The translations under genes were made by a program, and so were the position numbers. The notes under the pieces were generated by a model. The model was not told the origin of the DNA and made no database searches. It saw only the letters and a program-made list of their open reading frames with translations. This document shows, one piece after another, positions 43,532 through 51,048 of a stretch of DNA of 51,048 bases. Location of the stretch: the IMG/VR virus record IMGVR_UViG_3300005099_000077, positions 1 through 51,048 of that record. One strand, written 5' to 3'. This DNA is from a virus (Duplodnaviria; Caudoviricetes). How positions within the stretch are numbered: position 1 is the stretch's first letter; the number at the start of each line of letters is the position of its first letter.

Positions 43532-45409
43532 CTAATGGCACTCCTCCCACGTATAACCAATCGTAGCTTCCGCGATTAACTCCACCCCGTTCAGGTTTGT
43601 ATACATTGCTTCCTCCAACGCACGGGCTGCGTCCTCAGCCTCACCTTCTTCGACCTCGATTATAATCTCGTCGTGGACTTGCCCTACGATTTTGATGCCC
43701 TGCTTATACAGGCGCACAAGCGCCCGATTGATGATGTCGGCAACCGTGCCCTGGATGATAGCGTTAACGCATTGGCGTTTGCCCCGGTCTTGAAGGTAGC
43801 TAATGTCATCTTCCGTCAGGGTGTTGCGGGTCAGGCCCTTCTTACGCAACTCCTGCTCGAAGGCAGCATAACGCAGACGGTCGTGTCCAGGCGGGACATC
43901 CTCAATGCTTTCGTAATTCAGCAGGTCGAAGAAGTTCAGAAGGACAGGACGCCGTGGCCGTCCAAAGGCAGTCAATACGTAGCCCCTGACCTGGGCTTCC
44001 TCTATCACCATCCGCCGCCAGGCCGAAACCCTGGGGAATGCCTGGAAGAAGCGGGCCATAGCCTGCTCAGCCTCTCGCTTGCTTATCTTTGCCACGCTCG
44101 CCACCCGGCCTGCCCCCGCACCGTAGAGGATGGCGAAGTTGATGGTCTTTGCCAGGAAGCGTTGTTCGGGCGTTACATCATCCGCAGGGACGTTGAAAAT
44201 GCGGGCAGCAACTGCCCGGTGAATGTCCTCACCGTTGGCAAATGCCCGGCGCAAATGCTCGTCATTAGACAAGGCGGCCAGCACTCTTAACTCCGCCTGG
44301 CTGAGGTCAGCCACCACCAGCTTATTCCGTCCGCCGCACAACCAGCGGCGAGGGTGAAGGATGGCTTCCTCGTCCACTTGCCCTTTACGGGTGGAGGGAA
44401 TCTGCTGCAAGTTAGGTTCGGAACACGACCAGCGCCCGGTAGCCGGGCCGAAGCAGCGCCAACGCGGGTGAACCCGATAGCCATATTCCGTTTCGACTGT
44501 ATGCGTAAGCAGTCCCCGACCTTTTTGTGGCGCAAGATAGGAAGCCAGCTTCGCCACATTGCGGTAGGTCAAAAGCAGAGAAGCGGCCTGACGGACTGCG
44601 GGATTTCCATTTGAGGCCAGGCGCGTAAGCACAGCCTTGTTAGCCGACTTCGCGCCGGTCGAGGTCAACTCGCTCGTCTGCCATTTTGCCCCCAATCTCT
44701 CTAAGCATTCCACAACCTGACGAGAGGAGTTGGGGTTTTCCAGGCCCAGGCCGTTCAGCTTTGTCGTCAAGATGTCCAACTGTTTTTGCAACGCTGCACG
44801 GTCGGCCTCGATTGCTTCCTTGCTGAGCGCCCACCCATCCCAGGTCATTTGCGCAGCCACCACAGGCAGGGGCTGAAGATGGGTGAGATAGAGGTTGCGC
44901 AGGTCAGGCGATAGCGCCCGGAGATACCAGACGGCCAGGTCGTAGGTATTGCGAACATCGGCACAGCAATAGGCCGCGATGTCCTCCACCGGTCTGTCCA
45001 GCAAGTCTTTACTCCAGGGCGTCATCTCCCTGTCCAGCACTAACTTAGCCTGTTCTTTCAGGCCCAACGGGGCCATCTCGTTGTAAAGGTGGGCTAAGCC
45101 CATCGTGTCAAGGTTATAAGTCGCTGAAACAGGGCAATTGTTCTTGAGAAAGAAAAGCTGGTCAAAGGCCAGATTATGGGCGATGACGCGCGTGCGGGTG
45201 TTCACCCACAACTCGCGCATAAATTCTGCCCAATTGGGGATGGCGTCTGTGGGAATATACCACTCGTCTTCCGCGTTGGCCAAACCAATACCCACAACCC
45301 GGTCAGTCAGGTAGTCCGGGCCAGTGGCCTCTACGTCCACCGCCACAGCCTTACCTTTTAAGTTGTTTATCACTTCTGTTAAGGTTACCGGGTCGGTCAC
45401 AATATGCAT
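43532..45409 (-). CDS. polA: Family A DNA polymerase with 3'-5' exonuclease
   Basis: DVEATG, HNLAFD, YCCAD exo motifs; TGRWSCSEPNLQQIP, DLSQAELR, KTINFAILYG, QVHDE. Confidence 0.96.
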   Translation of the reverse strand: MHIVTDPVTLTEVINNLKGKAVAVDVEATGPDYLTDRVVGIGLANAEDEWYIPTDAIPNWAEFMRELWVNTRTRVIAHNLAFDQLFFLKNNCPVSATYNLDTMGLAHLYNEMAPLGLKEQAKLVLDREMTPWSKDLLDRPVEDIAAYCCADVRNTYDLAVWYLRALSPDLRNLYLTHLQPLPVVAAQMTWDGWALSKEAIEADRAALQKQLDILTTKLNGLGLENPNSSRQVVECLERLGAKWQTSELTSTGAKSANKAVLTRLASNGNPAVRQAASLLLTYRNVAKLASYLAPQKGRGLLTHTVETEYGYRVHPRWRCFGPATGRWSCSEPNLQQIPSTRKGQVDEEAILHPRRWLCGGRNKLVVADLSQAELRVLAALSNDEHLRRAFANGEDIHRAVAARIFNVPADDVTPEQRFLAKTINFAILYGAGAGRVASVAKISKREAEQAMARFFQAFPRVSAWRRMVIEEAQVRGYVLTAFGRPRRPVLLNFFDLLNYESIEDVPPGHDRLRYAAFEQELRKKGLTRNTLTEDDISYLQDRGKRQCVNAIIQGTVADIINRALVRLYKQGIKIVGQVHDEIIIEVEEGEAEDAARALEEAMYTNLNGVELIAEATIGYTWEECH

Positions 45410-45414
45410 AGCCC

Positions 45415-45603
45415 CTAACTCCACAGTCTTTCAAGCTCTGCTAGAATAGTATACCCAACCACATATGTCAAACCTAGTGCGCCTAAACAAGCTATGGCAC
45501 GGGCGGTTTGGTCAGGATAGCGGGTTACCCCGATTATAAGTGGGACAACAACCAGCCCGCCCACGCCCAGGCGTAGCAGATAGAGAAGGAGTTTCTCTTT
45601 CAT
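45415..45603 (-). CDS. Small 2-TM membrane protein
   Basis: Two hydrophobic helices; RBS AGGAGGG. Confidence 0.7.
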   Translation of the reverse strand: MKEKLLLYLLRLGVGGLVVVPLIIGVTRYPDQTARAIACLGALGLTYVVGYTILAELERLWS

Positions 45604-45612
45604 TTTGCCCTC

Positions 45613-46074
45613 CTATTGCCCATAGACTTTCTCGTAAGCCGCGAGCAATTCGCTCTTCTTTGTGGCCAACGTTACCAGGGCTTTTGCCAGGGCTTCCACA
45701 TCGCTAAAAATGTAGCGAGCCATTCCTGCTTTGAGGGGATGGAGGAAATGTCGTCGCGTCCAAACCCACACCGGCTTAGCCGAACCGACGGCGTAGCCGA
45801 ATTCCAGCAGGCCGCCCTCGCTCATTTCCTCACCGTCGTAGAAGACAACGAGGTCGGCCTTGTCCACCATTCCCAGGTCGGACGCGCAGGTGACGTAGTT
45901 GGAGACGGTCTGAACACTGCCTCCCTCGTGGGAGGCCACAGGATTAAGGAAGGTGATGAGGTCGTCAAGCTTCTTGCCCTCCTTCTCCGCCTCCACTTTC
46001 GTCGCCTCCATCACCGTCGTCCGCCACGTCGTCGGCTTGCCCCGCATCGTCCCGGCCAGATACACGGTTAACAT
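45613..46074 (-). CDS. Nucleoside 2-deoxyribosyltransferase / dNMP N-glycosidase-like protein
   Basis: VYLAG, FLNP, DL.MV.KADLVV, SEG..LEFGYA, KPV. Confidence 0.82.
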   Translation of the reverse strand: MLTVYLAGTMRGKPTTWRTTVMEATKVEAEKEGKKLDDLITFLNPVASHEGGSVQTVSNYVTCASDLGMVDKADLVVFYDGEEMSEGGLLEFGYAVGSAKPVWVWTRRHFLHPLKAGMARYIFSDVEALAKALVTLATKKSELLAAYEKVYGQ

Positions 46075-46606
46075 TTCGCCTCCTCCTTATCAGCGGTTCT
46101 CTTCCGGCAATTAAAACCAACTCGTCGTTGGCTATTCGGTAAATAACGGCCTTGCCAGGAAGGATGAGAAAATCACGGGGAATAACAAGGCCGAAAGCAC
46201 TCCAGGCGTGCTCAGCCTCTTCAGACCAGATTGTGCGCTTGTAGTGTTTTTCAAGCCAATCCAGATTTTGCTTAATCCAGCGCCGCACGCCTGGCACATA
46301 GAGGAAATATACCAGGCCCAGGTTGACCAGATAAATGGCCCACCATTTGGCCTGACTGGTCATAATGCCGGAAGGTTTGTTTGCACAGACATACTCGATG
46401 AAGAAATTACCCGATTTGTGCGTGTCGGTCTTGACTTCGACATAGCCGTAGCCAGGAAGCCAGCAGTCCACCCCGGCACGCTGTTTCTTCTGGTCGGAGG
46501 TGTAATCGCGGAAAGTGCCGAAACGTTTTTCGCACAAACGCATCAGTTCTCTGAAACCGGATTGGCCTACTTGCATTTGTGCCCTCATTGAAAATCGCTT
46601 CGTCAT
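45965..46606 (-). CDS. PD-(D/E)XK nuclease-fold phage protein (true end may be 46068)
   Basis: GVD...VEVKTD..SGNFFIE...PSG...SQA.WW. Confidence 0.72.
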   Translation of the reverse strand: MTKRFSMRAQMQVGQSGFRELMRLCEKRFGTFRDYTSDQKKQRAGVDCWLPGYGYVEVKTDTHKSGNFFIEYVCANKPSGIMTSQAKWWAIYLVNLGLVYFLYVPGVRRWIKQNLDWLEKHYKRTIWSEEAEHAWSAFGLVIPRDFLILPGKAVIYRIANDELVLIAGREPLIRRRRNVNRVSGRDDAGQADDVADDGDGGDESGGGEGGQEA

Positions 46607-47526
46607 AATTTACCCCCGCCCCGCAGATATTCGGCGATGTCTTTTGCCTCTCCGTCCCACATTTGTTGGCCCACAAGCAGGTCGGGAGTAGCTGTCTTGA
46701 AGTAGTCCAATGCCGCCACCACGCCTGCCTTTCCCGCAGCGTCCTTGTCGAAGCAGAGCCAGATAAACGTCCCGGCCCTCTCCAACTTTTTCCAGAATTC
46801 CTGCCACTTTTCCAGCGGCGTATTGACGCCGGAAGGAAGGGCAAGGGCGGGCAGCTTGCGCGCGTGTAGCGCCATTGCGTCAAACTCCCCCTCCGTCAAC
46901 CATAGATGGCGCGGAGGTTTCCTCAGATAGTGCAGGAAATGAGAGGCCGGATACAAGGTCTCGAACAAAGAGGGCTTAAGCGCCCAATACTTCGGGCCTT
47001 CTATCTTCTTCCTGGGGTCAGCCCGAAACTTTACTCCCCAACACTTGCCGTCTATACCGAAATGCGGGATGGAGAAAGCAACGCCGGTATAGCCTAACTT
47101 ACGATGTTTGATGATGGCCGGAGTTATGGCATAGCGTTGGCAGAGGACAGCGGCGCTTGCGGCATCAAGCGCCGCTGTCCACTCCTGCCAAACTTCATCG
47201 GGAATAGGGCGTGTGCGCTTCTTCTGTGTCTTGACACGTGCTGTCTTCGTAGCCACCGGCCATAACTTCCGCAGGGCTTCTGTATATCCCCAACCGTAGT
47301 AAATGCGCACGGCCTCGAAGATGTCCGTCAACGTCTTTCCGCAGCCAAAGCAGAAAATGCCGTCAGGATACACAAAGGCTGAGGGGTGCTCGTCCTGGTG
47401 TTCGGGATTAAAGCAGCGCAAATGCCCGCGCCCGAACACGTCTTGCCAGTCAATGTGTTTACGTATTAGTTCGGCTTTTCGCTTATAGTGCTGGTATCGC
47501 GCACGTCCGCCCATAGCTCTCTCCAC
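46603..47526 (-). CDS. dnaG: DNA primase (CHC2 Zn finger + TOPRIM)
   Basis: CFNPEH..EHPS..CFGCG; LTEGEFDA; CFDKDAAG. Confidence 0.9.
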   Translation of the reverse strand: MERAMGGRARYQHYKRKAELIRKHIDWQDVFGRGHLRCFNPEHQDEHPSAFVYPDGIFCFGCGKTLTDIFEAVRIYYGWGYTEALRKLWPVATKTARVKTQKKRTRPIPDEVWQEWTAALDAASAAVLCQRYAITPAIIKHRKLGYTGVAFSIPHFGIDGKCWGVKFRADPRKKIEGPKYWALKPSLFETLYPASHFLHYLRKPPRHLWLTEGEFDAMALHARKLPALALPSGVNTPLEKWQEFWKKLERAGTFIWLCFDKDAAGKAGVVAALDYFKTATPDLLVGQQMWDGEAKDIAEYLRGGGKL

Positions 47527-48353
47527 TCGTCACTTAACCACTTCTCAGGCAGGACAAACTCCGTGGGATACTCCTTGCAGAAACGTTGGAATGGACAGAA
47601 GCGACAAATCCATCCCGATTGGGCATTGACGCAGGCTGAGCGCGGGGGGACTTTGTGCTCGTGAAGATACTCGACATAGAAGTTCACCAACTCTTCTAGC
47701 AGCGCCTCCGTCTCATCAGGCGGCCAGATTTCAACCGGCATCATCTTCTCGCCGGAGAAGGTCATATACACCAGGCCCATCTCGTTCACCGTATAGCCAT
47801 TCCTCATCAGGATGTATGCATACGCATTGAGTTGTTGAATGTGGTTGGGATAAGGCTCTTCGGGAATGCGAGACGTGCTCTTGTAGTCCAGCAGAAGCCC
47901 CCGCCGCACATAGTAGATGTCGAACTTGCCGGAGATGTCCTGGCCCGCGACGTTCACGTGCAAACGCTTTTCTGTCTCCACCTCGATTTCATCGGTGAGG
48001 AATTGCACGGCGGCGAGTTGTTGACCATCGTGAATAATACGTCCCCGTGCAGAATAATAACCGTGCTGAGGTTCGATATAATAATCTACAAGGTGGCTAA
48101 GTAGGCTTCGACGAATTTGGTCGGTCATTATCTCCGTAACGGACAAGCCCTTGACCTTCCGATTGTGTAGCATATTTGCTAGAGTTACAGGGTCATAAGG
48201 ACATCGGAAGGGGAATTCGACAGCGCAGCGTAGACATTCTTCGGTGGGGACTTTCTTGCCCGTTACGGGGCAGCGAACGCCCTTAATCATTTCTTGAACT
48301 TCCTCCTGTGTAAGCGGCGTCTCTCCTCCTTCTTTCGGCGGCGTAAAAGCCAT
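47466..48353 (-). CDS. Cas4/RecB-like PD-(D/E)XK exonuclease
   Basis: GRIIH, ISGKFD, LLDYKS, QLNAY, C-terminal C..CRFCPF..FC. Confidence 0.85.
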   Translation of the reverse strand: MAFTPPKEGGETPLTQEEVQEMIKGVRCPVTGKKVPTEECLRCAVEFPFRCPYDPVTLANMLHNRKVKGLSVTEIMTDQIRRSLLSHLVDYYIEPQHGYYSARGRIIHDGQQLAAVQFLTDEIEVETEKRLHVNVAGQDISGKFDIYYVRRGLLLDYKSTSRIPEEPYPNHIQQLNAYAYILMRNGYTVNEMGLVYMTFSGEKMMPVEIWPPDETEALLEELVNFYVEYLHEHKVPPRSACVNAQSGWICRFCPFQRFCKEYPTEFVLPEKWLSDEWRELWADVRDTSTISEKPN

Positions 48354-48520
48354 TGGTCAATGTTCTTGTAGGGATAACCCTTCTGCTTGAGACGTTTGGC
48401 TTCCAACTCTCGCTGTTTGCGCTGCATTACCTCTTTAGGTTCGTAATTGTCCCCACGGACAACCCGCCCCTGTTTATGCAGTTGTGAGAGTTCGTCCAGG
48501 TTCAGCCGCCAATATACCAT
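48287..48520 (-). CDS. Basic hypothetical protein
   Basis: 77-aa ORF within the replication operon. Confidence 0.55.
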   Translation of the reverse strand: MVYWRLNLDELSQLHKQGRVVRGDNYEPKEVMQRKQRELEAKRLKQKGYPYKNIDQWLLRRRKKEERRRLHRRKFKK

Positions 48521-48529
48521 CTTTCACCG

Positions 48530-49087
48530 CTACCGTCTTCGTATTCGCCTAATCTTTCGGCGAAGGCGGGAAGGGCCAACCTCCTCGTCTTCATCCTTCG
48601 CCCCCTTGTCGGGCATCGCCCGCAATTCCTCGATAATACGCTCGACCTCCCTGGGTGTAGCCTGGCCGATGTTGGGATAGGCTTTCTTGACGTAGATGCC
48701 CTTCTGATTGCCCAGGGTGAAGATGGTGCGCCATTGTTCGGTGGTCGGGCCAGTCCCGACCTCCTCTTCCTCCTCGTCATCATACCTAACCCGGTCGTAG
48801 ACTTCGGCCAGGCGTTCAGCGTAGGTCGCCTTGAGGTCGTCCTGGAAAGCAATCCAGTCCGTAATCAGTTGTGTCAACTCATCCCAGGAATATACGACGA
48901 GCTTCACCCCAATGTGGCCTAAAGGCCAGAGATACTTCTGAGTATCGAGGGTGACCTCCAGCCCATCAGGGAAGTCCACCTCCTCTTCGACAACCTCTTC
49001 GACGACCTCCTCCTGTGGGGCCTCCTCAATCGGGGCCTCCTCATCGCCCAAAAGGATGTCCTCGATAGTCGTCACTTCGTTAGCCAT
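48530..49087 (-). CDS. Acidic hypothetical protein
   Basis: 185 aa, E-rich; strong RBS. Confidence 0.75.
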   Translation of the reverse strand: MANEVTTIEDILLGDEEAPIEEAPQEEVVEEVVEEEVDFPDGLEVTLDTQKYLWPLGHIGVKLVVYSWDELTQLITDWIAFQDDLKATYAERLAEVYDRVRYDDEEEEEVGTGPTTEQWRTIFTLGNQKGIYVKKAYPNIGQATPREVERIIEELRAMPDKGAKDEDEEVGPSRLRRKIRRIRRR

Positions 49088-49088
49088 T

Positions 49089-49427
49089 TTATTCCTCCTC
49101 CTTCTTCTGCATTTGTAAATCGGTGCGCCAAATCTGGCTATACACCCCTAAGTCTCGCAGCGTGTCCTCGATACTCTCGTTGTTGGGGACTTTGCCCGCC
49201 CCTAGCAACTCGATTAGACGGGCCAGCTTCGTGGCAATATGCACGAGATAAACCAATGCCCGTCCCCGCACGCCCTTCTTGACGGCGAAATCCACCACGT
49301 AGGCGACAAAGCGGAAGTTGCTGAGCGGGTCATCATCGCTGGCATAGTCGTGACGTTTGCGTCGGTTGGTTGCCAGCAAATCCTCGCAGTTGCGTTGAAA
49401 TTGTTCATCATACTTCTGTGCGTCCAT
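49089..49427 (-). CDS. DUF1599 / nucleotide-modification-associated domain 1 (MazG-like) protein
   Basis: KRHDYA, DPLSNF, KLARL, NESIEDTLRDL..YS. Confidence 0.82.
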   Translation of the reverse strand: MDAQKYDEQFQRNCEDLLATNRRKRHDYASDDDPLSNFRFVAYVVDFAVKKGVRGRALVYLVHIATKLARLIELLGAGKVPNNESIEDTLRDLGVYSQIWRTDLQMQKKEEE

Positions 49428-50478
49428 TCCCTCCCTCCTCCATTACCTGTTGGCTTTTAGGTGCTAACTTGAACCGCTTATAGCGGTCTTTCTCAAAACT
49501 GGTCAACGGTTCGAGGTCGTTGAAAAGACCGATGGGAGGATAAAACCACAAGCTGGCTGTCCCCAACGAGCCGCCGCTAATGCGCGCCTTGTCCACCCTT
49601 ATATCCACCCGAATTTTGGGCGGCAATTGGGCCACGTCGGTTTCGCCCATCCGCATTCCGTGCAATTGGGGAGATGACATCATCAGAATGGTATCTGCCG
49701 AATACAGGGGCATTGCGCTTTGTCTGAGAGAGGAGAAACGTGGGCGTGTCGCTTTCATTCCCTCTTTTGTCATCGGCCAGATTGCCAGGATTGCCGTATC
49801 ATATTGCTTAGCAAAGTTAGCAAGCTGTGTGATGATGAAGTCCACCTTAGCTGTCGAACTCTCCGTCTCGCCCACATCGCTTAACTGTTCAACGTAGTCC
49901 AGGATGATAAGCGGATAGTCCACGCCTTCTTGTCGTTTCTCCTCCAATAACTCGTGAATGAGAAAAGTATTGCAATCGCTCGCCGTCCAGATGTCCACAG
50001 GCCAACTCGCTATCTTCTCAAAAACCTTCTCCACCTCTGTCCACACGGCCTTTAGCTGGTCGCTCTCTATCGGGTCAAAGCTGGCCGTCTTCAGGTTAAG
50101 CCGTTTGGTGGGCAAGCCTCGCTCAAGGTCGGCCTGTGGTATCTTAATCCACATTGAGACAATGCGCAACAACCAGCTTTCAGCCCCCATCTCCAAAGGC
50201 AGCATTAGAATGCGCTGGCCCTCGCTCAGCGTCTCCCAAATGCAGTTGCGAACAATGATGGACGTAACGAAAGCCGTCTTGCCCACGCCCGGCGGGCCAC
50301 ATAAGATGGTAACAGTCCCCCGGCGAAACCCACAAAGCAGGTCGTCCAGAGCGAGGAAACCAGAGGGCAAACCTAGAAAAGTCTGAGGGTCTTGCCAACG
50401 CTGATTGAGAACGGACAAAGCGTCGGCGGCGACTTCGGGCAGGGGCGTAACCTTCGTAACAATCGTGTCGGGCAGCAT
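49408..50478 (-). CDS. dnaB: DnaB-like SF4 replicative helicase (C-terminal domain only)
   Basis: GLPSGF..LD....GFRRG, GPPGVGKT, LEM, IILDYV, LRQS....YSAD, DKAR. Confidence 0.9.
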   Translation of the reverse strand: MLPDTIVTKVTPLPEVAADALSVLNQRWQDPQTFLGLPSGFLALDDLLCGFRRGTVTILCGPPGVGKTAFVTSIIVRNCIWETLSEGQRILMLPLEMGAESWLLRIVSMWIKIPQADLERGLPTKRLNLKTASFDPIESDQLKAVWTEVEKVFEKIASWPVDIWTASDCNTFLIHELLEEKRQEGVDYPLIILDYVEQLSDVGETESSTAKVDFIITQLANFAKQYDTAILAIWPMTKEGMKATRPRFSSLRQSAMPLYSADTILMMSSPQLHGMRMGETDVAQLPPKIRVDIRVDKARISGGSLGTASLWFYPPIGLFNDLEPLTSFEKDRYKRFKLAPKSQQVMEEGGNGRTEV

Positions 50479-50483
50479 AGTCC

Positions 50484-50906
50484 TCACTTATGGTAAACTT
50501 TCCGGTCGGTCTTATCCACATCTCCGTCCAGCCGCAGGAAAGGCGTGGTCTGATACTTCATTCCTTCGGCCCGTGCCAGCTTAATCTCTAGCAGGCGTTC
50601 GGCCCGCCTGTTGCGGAATTTTATCCGCTCGTCCTTAATTACCCGCTGGCGGCCAAAGCGGTCGGTGAGATGGCCATAAACGAACGGCCCCCACACATCG
50701 GTCGGGTCGGTGGGCCGAAGGATGATAGGCCGGAAGTAAACGTTCAACATAACGCCTTTGGTGGTCTTGACAACCTCGTGTCCGGCATAGGCACAGACGT
50801 GCCATTTCCCATCCGGCCCGATTACATCGTATTCTGGCGCGTCCTCTAAGACCGCTGTGACAAGCTTAGCTCGCTGCTTTATCTGGTCGAGATTCATCGC
50901 ATTCAT
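50484..50906 (-). CDS. Hypothetical protein
   Basis: ORF 50484..50918; start uncertain. Confidence 0.7.
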   Translation of the reverse strand: MNAMNLDQIKQRAKLVTAVLEDAPEYDVIGPDGKWHVCAYAGHEVVKTTKGVMLNVYFRPIILRPTDPTDVWGPFVYGHLTDRFGRQRVIKDERIKFRNRRAERLLEIKLARAEGMKYQTTPFLRLDGDVDKTDRKVYHK

Positions 50907-51048
50907 CCTCCGCCTCATCCTCCGATTCGCGGCATCCGCAACCGTTTATAAGAATGTAAGCTGCTGCGGTTTTGTCTATGAAATGATAGGTTCGCCCACA
51001 AAAGGGGCAGGTTACACTCGTTTTGGTAATCCGCATCCAATAGCTCAT
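50866..51048 (-). CDS. Small Zn-ribbon protein (CPFC...CGC)
   Basis: ATG at the contig end; its RBS (AAGGAG) is supplied by bases 92-110 after circularisation. Confidence 0.65.
   Translation of the reverse strand: MSYWMRITKTSVTCPFCGRTYHFIDKTAAAYILINGCGCRESEDEAEDECDESRPDKAAS
50958..51048. repeat. Terminal direct repeat, right copy
   Basis: Identical to 1-91. Confidence 0.97.

Noticed and set aside
43673-44290. Long antisense ORFs (this one and similar ones opposite portal, primase and helicase)
   Set aside because: Shadow frames of well-supported genes on the other strand
18790-45409. Stop-codon reassignment as the cause of split genes
   Set aside because: The breaks are frame changes, not in-frame stops; TAA, TAG and TGA all end normal genes and neither tRNA is a suppressor

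Overview
The window is an apparently complete, circularly closed tailed-phage genome. Bases 1-91 are identical to 50958-51048, giving a unit length of about 50,957 bp. No tape measure, sheath or integrase gene is recognisable, so it is most likely a podovirus-type, non-integrating phage. There are two divergent arms separated by a repeat- and hairpin-rich control region at about 12.7-13.9 kb. The minus-strand arm runs from 12.7 kb leftwards through the contig join to 42.4 kb. It carries small early genes (including a probable SAM lyase), a ~0.4 kb structured non-coding region preceded by a tRNA-like element, a phiEco32-like amidoligase cluster (COOH-NH2 ligase, ATP-grasp, class II glutamine amidotransferase), a sigma-like regulator and replication genes (DnaB-like helicase, Cas4-like exonuclease, primase, family A DNA polymerase). 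The plus-strand arm (13.9-42.4 kb) carries a clan GH-A glycosidase, TerS, tRNA-Trp and tRNA-Ala, a membrane zincin, TerL, portal, a very large internal virion protein split into three ORFs, scaffold, an SU10/phiEco32-like major capsid protein, adaptor, nozzle, tail fibre and holin. A Chloroflexota-like host is a tentative inference. At least five genes look frameshifted, which may be homopolymer sequencing errors, although two of the junctions share a 17-nt motif. All functional calls come from motif reading by eye; no searches were run.
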